Assembly: GCA_004212155.1 (NCBI GenBank)
Contig: RXIG01000010.1
Span: 1 to 20,568, forward strand
Direction: 5' to 3'
DNA length: 20,568 bases
From: an archaeon
GTDB lineage: Archaea > Methanobacteriota_B > Thermococci > Methanofastidiosales > NM3
The number at the start of each line of letters is the position of its first letter. The stretch's first letter is position 1. Positions 17,140-20,568 of the stretch are shown here, in pieces. A program made the position numbers and the translations under genes. The notes under the pieces are model-generated. The model worked only from the letters and a program-made list of their open reading frames with translations, searched no databases and had not been told where the DNA came from.

Positions 17140-17214
17140 GTTTTTTTCTGTTTTAAACCTTTTTGTTTAATTGGAAGTGGTAAACGTTATATTCGTGCCA
17201 TATCATATGATACC

Positions 17215-17628
17215 ATGTACCTTCTCATCGTTTCGTGCTCTCAGCGAAAAAATGATGCCCCGGGCATGCTCCCGGCCATTGACCGCTACGATGGGCCCAC
17301 ATTCCGAACGCTTCGCTTGTTGGATCGAAACAAATCGATTCCCTCGTCGCTTGACATATACATCGTATCGGGCAAGTACGGCGTTATACGATGGGACGAG
17401 CCATTGCCGTTCTATGATCAGCGCATGGACCCTTCGTCACAGGCCGCATCCGATGCACGAGAGGAATTAGCCGAACTCGTTAAACGCCCTTACGAAGATA
17501 TATTTGTCAACATGGGCCGTGATTATCTGTCCATCTTCGGAGACATGCTTGAAGGGGCGAAGAAGGCAGAAGGGAGGGTCGGTGAGAAGACCTCCCATAT
17601 GAAACGATGGATTCTTTCACTCTGGTGA
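17215..17628 (+). CDS. DUF6884-like / YaaA-related hypothetical protein (137 aa)
   Basis: LLIVSCSQRK...PAIDRYDGP.F...IYIVSGKYG.I......YDQRM pattern. ATG 17215 lies ~25 nt after a TTATATT box. Family assignment is from memory of the motif. Confidence 0.7.
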   Translation: MYLLIVSCSQRKNDAPGMLPAIDRYDGPTFRTLRLLDRNKSIPSSLDIYIVSGKYGVIRWDEPLPFYDQRMDPSSQAASDAREELAELVKRPYEDIFVNMGRDYLSIFGDMLEGAKKAEGRVGEKTSHMKRWILSLW

Positions 17629-18675
17629 TCACTCATCGGTGCCCCGCTCTTGCTCTCGCATCTCCTCCTGGTAGACGACGACAAACTCCTTTGTCGCCTT
17701 TATGGCGATGCCCACGCATGAGCTGCATCCAAACATCGCTCCGATGGCGGCCGTCACCGCTATTGAGCCGTATACGAGCATGAGCACCTCCTCATCGTCG
17801 TTGAAGTCAACGCCGCCACCGCCACGTGAAGGGTCGAGGGGCGCAAAGTCTGCAAGGTCGCCCGTTTCGTCCCCGTCGCTGTCGGACGATAGGGGGTCGT
17901 AGCCAAGAGCTATTTCATCAGCATCGGTTATTCCGTCCCCGTCGCTGTCCCCTTTACAGGGGTTGGTGCCGTGCGCTTGCTCTTCCCGGTCAATGATGCC
18001 ATCACCATCGATATCCTCATCATCCGTTGCGAAGGGATTGTCAGGATACATTGGCGCCGGCGTCCTTGTTGCCGGGATCCCTCCTGTTGGCGGGGTGGTA
18101 AAGCGAAACGATGCGGTCCCATAGCGTGCTTCGGCCAGGGTGCCGGCGAGAATGCGCCTATACATGCTTGGGCTCAGTGGGTTGCCTGAAAGTGCCGCTT
18201 CCTTTTCATACAGTGTGCATGAGAGTTCGAACAGTTCTGACCTTTCCTTTCTCAGCGTGTGCAGCAACGATTGCAGAAGGCCCGAAACATCGCGGGTCCC
18301 CATCATCAAGGTTGAGACTCGCCGTCCCTCCGGATACATGGACGCCAGTGCCTGTGTGACATCCTGCCTGTCGAAATTTTGATCGCGCGCGGCTGCAAGC
18401 GCACCCAGCGTGCTCCTTTCAAGACGCATCATCCGGTACAATGCGCTTTCCACATCACGCCTCCATGCTCCATCAAGGCCACGTGCGCTCGTGGCAAGAT
18501 CGTCACGAACGCGCGCATATAACCGTGCTTCTTCCGCGAACTCTGAGAACACGTCTGACGTTCCCACCGGTCGTGGATATGTCAGTGTCCCTGGCCTGCA
18601 TGCGGTCGTAGCTCCACTTATCATGGCAACGCACAAGAACCCTATCATACAGATGGTTGCTATTTCCTTTTTCAT
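17629..18675 (-). CDS. Secreted/membrane-anchored protein with Ca-binding DxDGDG (TSP3-like) repeats
   Basis: Signal peptide MKKEIATICMIGFLCVAMISGA, helical region, Pro/Thr linker, repeats DIDGDG/DSDGDG/DSDGDE, C-terminal hydrophobic segment. Confidence 0.8.
   Translation of the reverse strand: MKKEIATICMIGFLCVAMISGATTACRPGTLTYPRPVGTSDVFSEFAEEARLYARVRDDLATSARGLDGAWRRDVESALYRMMRLERSTLGALAAARDQNFDRQDVTQALASMYPEGRRVSTLMMGTRDVSGLLQSLLHTLRKERSELFELSCTLYEKEAALSGNPLSPSMYRRILAGTLAEARYGTASFRFTTPPTGGIPATRTPAPMYPDNPFATDDEDIDGDGIIDREEQAHGTNPCKGDSDGDGITDADEIALGYDPLSSDSDGDETGDLADFAPLDPSRGGGGVDFNDDEEVLMLVYGSIAVTAAIGAMFGCSSCVGIAIKATKEFVVVYQEEMREQERGTDE
17830..18025 (-). repeat. Three ~22-aa intragenic Ca-binding repeats
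   Basis: DIDGDGIIDREEQAHGTNP / DSDGDGITDADEIALGYDP / DSDGDETGDLADFAPLDP. Confidence 0.8.
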
Positions 18676-18805
18676 GGATTCACCATGTTTCAAAGAGGGT
18701 GCAAGGAACAAAATCAATAAGACAGGGGAATTCTATATCGTTCTATGTTGCGGCATCGGTCCATTACCAAAATATATATATGCGGTCTCCAAAAAGCGTA
18801 ACAAA

Positions 18806-20568
18806 ATGACCAAAGCCTTCTCCATGCTCCATCCCCTTGTCAAGGACGCACTTGAAAAAAAGGGATTCTATTCACAGACGTTGCCCCAGGAACGTGGCAT
18901 ACCCGCCATCGTGAAAGGCCGAAACGTCGTCATCATTGCGAGGACCGGTTCTGGCAAGACGGAAAGCGCCCTTCTCCCCATCTTCTCGAAGATTTTGTCG
19001 CTAAAGGAGCCGAAAAAGGGCATCAAGGCCATCTACGTCGCCCCGCTGAGAGCCTTGAACAGGGATCTGCTCAATCGATTGAAGTGGTGGGGGGAGGAGC
19101 TTGGCATCGACGTGCAGGTACGCCACGGCGACACGACACAGTACGAACGTCGCAAGCAGGCGCTTTCCCCGCCAGACATACTCATCACGACGCCCGAGAC
19201 GGTCCAGGCCATGCTTACCGGACGGGTCATGCGGGAAAATCTCAAGACCGTACGCACAGTGGTCGTCGACGAGGTGCACGAACTCGCCCCCGACAAGCGT
19301 GGCACGCAGCTCAGTGTCGGTCTCGAACGCATCGTCAGGCTTTCCGGCGAGTTCCAGCGTATCGGCCTCTCCGCCACCGTCGGGGCACCGAGCGAGATAG
19401 CGGGGTTCCTCTGCGGGTCTCGCCCATGCACGATCATCGATGCGACTGCAAAGACGATGTTTGACATACGCGTCGAGTATCCCGTCCCCGAACCAGGCGA
19501 CGAGGAGCTTGCCAACACGCTTTCCACAACGCCTCAGACCGCAGCCCGCGTGCGGCGTATAAAGGAGCTTGTCGACAAGAACGAGAGCGTGCTTGCGTTC
19601 GTGAACACACGTGAGATGGCAGAAGCGCTTTCCTCTCGTTTCAATCTGCTTACCGAGGACGTCGACGTCCATCATTCGTCGCTTGCAAAGACGGTGCGCA
19701 TCGATACCGAGAAGCGCTTCAAGGACCAGGAGCTCAAGTGCATCATCTGTACGTCGTCGATGGAGCTCGGCATCGACGTCGGTACCGTCTCGCTTGTTAT
19801 CCAGTACATGTCGCCGCGCCAGGTGTCCCGTCTGATCCAGCGGGTCGGACGGTCTGGTCACCGCTACGATGAGACGCCAACCGGCGTCATCATCGCACTC
19901 GAGGGCGACGACATCCTCGAGTCCGCAGTCATCGCCCGACGTGCACGCGCGCACGAGCTCGAGGCACCCCTCGTTTACGAGGAGCCCTTTGACGTGCTGG
20001 CCCACCAGCTCCTTGGGCTCTCGATGGATATGGGCGACGTCTCGCGTGACGAGGCATACGCACTCGTCACGAGGGCGTATCCGTACAGGTCACTCACGAG
20101 GGAGCGATTCGATGCCGTGCTCGAGCTTCTCGCATCACTGCGCCTCATCTGGCTCGAGGAGTCGTCGTACCACAAGTCGAAGTTCGCGCTCACCTACTAC
20201 TTCGAGAATCTCTCCGTTATACCGGATGTCAAGAAGTATCGCGTCGTCGAGCTCGGTTCGAACAGATCGATAGGCGTGCTCGACGAGGAATTCGTCGTAG
20301 ACAGGGCCAACATCGGCATGACGTTTGTCATCAAGGGCAGGGCGTGGAACGTCATCGACGTCGACGAGGGCGTTGTCTTTGTCGAGGAAGTGGCAAACAT
20401 CGCCGCAGCACCCGCCTGGGAGGGCGAGCTCATACCGGTCCCCTACGATATCGCCCAGGAGGTGACCACGCTTCGCACATCCATTTCTGAAAAAGGGTCT
20501 ACCATCGAAGGCAGGGAGGCTCTATGCAGCGAGTATGCCCTCGAGGGCGCAGCATTCGATGAGGCGGA
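18806..20568 (+). CDS. lhr: Lhr-family ATP-dependent SF2 helicase (3' truncated by window edge; absent from ORF track)
   Basis: Manual translation from ATG 18806: MTKAFSMLHPLVK...PQ, motif I ARTGSGKTESA, YVAPLRALNRD, RHGDT, ITTPET, motif II VVVDEVHEL, motif III GLSATVG, FVNTREMAE, HHSSL, TSSMELGIDVG, motif VI QRVGRSGH, then DVLAHQ and IGVLDEEF. Confidence 0.95.
   Translation, partial: MTKAFSMLHPLVKDALEKKGFYSQTLPQERGIPAIVKGRNVVIIARTGSGKTESALLPIFSKILSLKEPKKGIKAIYVAPLRALNRDLLNRLKWWGEELGIDVQVRHGDTTQYERRKQALSPPDILITTPETVQAMLTGRVMRENLKTVRTVVVDEVHELAPDKRGTQLSVGLERIVRLSGEFQRIGLSATVGAPSEIAGFLCGSRPCTIIDATAKTMFDIRVEYPVPEPGDEELANTLSTTPQTAARVRRIKELVDKNESVLAFVNTREMAEALSSRFNLLTEDVDVHHSSLAKTVRIDTEKRFKDQELKCIICTSSMELGIDVGTVSLVIQYMSPRQVSRLIQRVGRSGHRYDETPTGVIIALEGDDILESAVIARRARAHELEAPLVYEEPFDVLAHQLLGLSMDMGDVSRDEAYALVTRAYPYRSLTRERFDAVLELLASLRLIWLEESSYHKSKFALTYYFENLSVIPDVKKYRVVELGSNRSIGVLDEEFVVDRANIGMTFVIKGRAWNVIDVDEGVVFVEEVANIAAAPAWEGELIPVPYDIAQEVTTLRTSISEKGSTIEGREALCSEYALEGAAFDEA

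Noticed and set aside
16639-17214. Long N-terminal extension of the 329-aa plus-strand ORF
   Set aside because: Antisense to the kinase and runs through the AT-rich promoter; the recognisable protein begins at 17215.
19001-20005. 334-aa minus-strand ORF
   Set aside because: Antisense shadow of the Lhr helicase, which has all SF2 motifs on the plus strand.
1-20568. CRISPR array, tRNA, rRNA or IS element
   Set aside because: Intergenic gaps are all under ~240 bp and show no repeat-spacer periodicity, cloverleaf or terminal inverted repeats by eye.

Overview
A gene-dense, GC-rich prokaryotic chromosomal segment, most likely archaeal. That call is inferred from the archaeal-type dUTPase, AK6/Fap7-type kinase, Lhr helicase, HAE3-type RND protein, TATA-like boxes and GGTGA/GGAGG ribosome-binding sites. 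In order it contains: (1) a tetrapyrrole operon hemA(3' part)-hemB-hemL-hemC-cobA/hemD; (2) a frameshifted class I SAM methyltransferase; (3) a PadR regulator with an MMPL/RND transporter and a palindromic operator candidate; (4) a deoxynucleotide operon (redoxin, dUTPase, thyX, dCMP deaminase, nrdG-like) followed by a small ORF and two MarC paralogs; (5) a hypothetical gene and a YhhQ-type 7-deazaguanine precursor transporter; (6) a minus-strand operon of a membrane sensor histidine kinase, a response regulator and an AK6/Fap7-like kinase; (7) a DUF6884-like gene, a secreted protein with Ca-binding repeats, and the 5' part of an Lhr helicase missed by the ORF track. The standout is the response regulator. 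Its output domain looks like a Swt1-type HEPN ribonuclease with an intact RxxxxH motif (RNDVAH), suggesting a two-component system that switches an RNase. No rRNA, tRNA, CRISPR array or mobile element was recognised. All family calls come from motif recognition by eye, not database searches.
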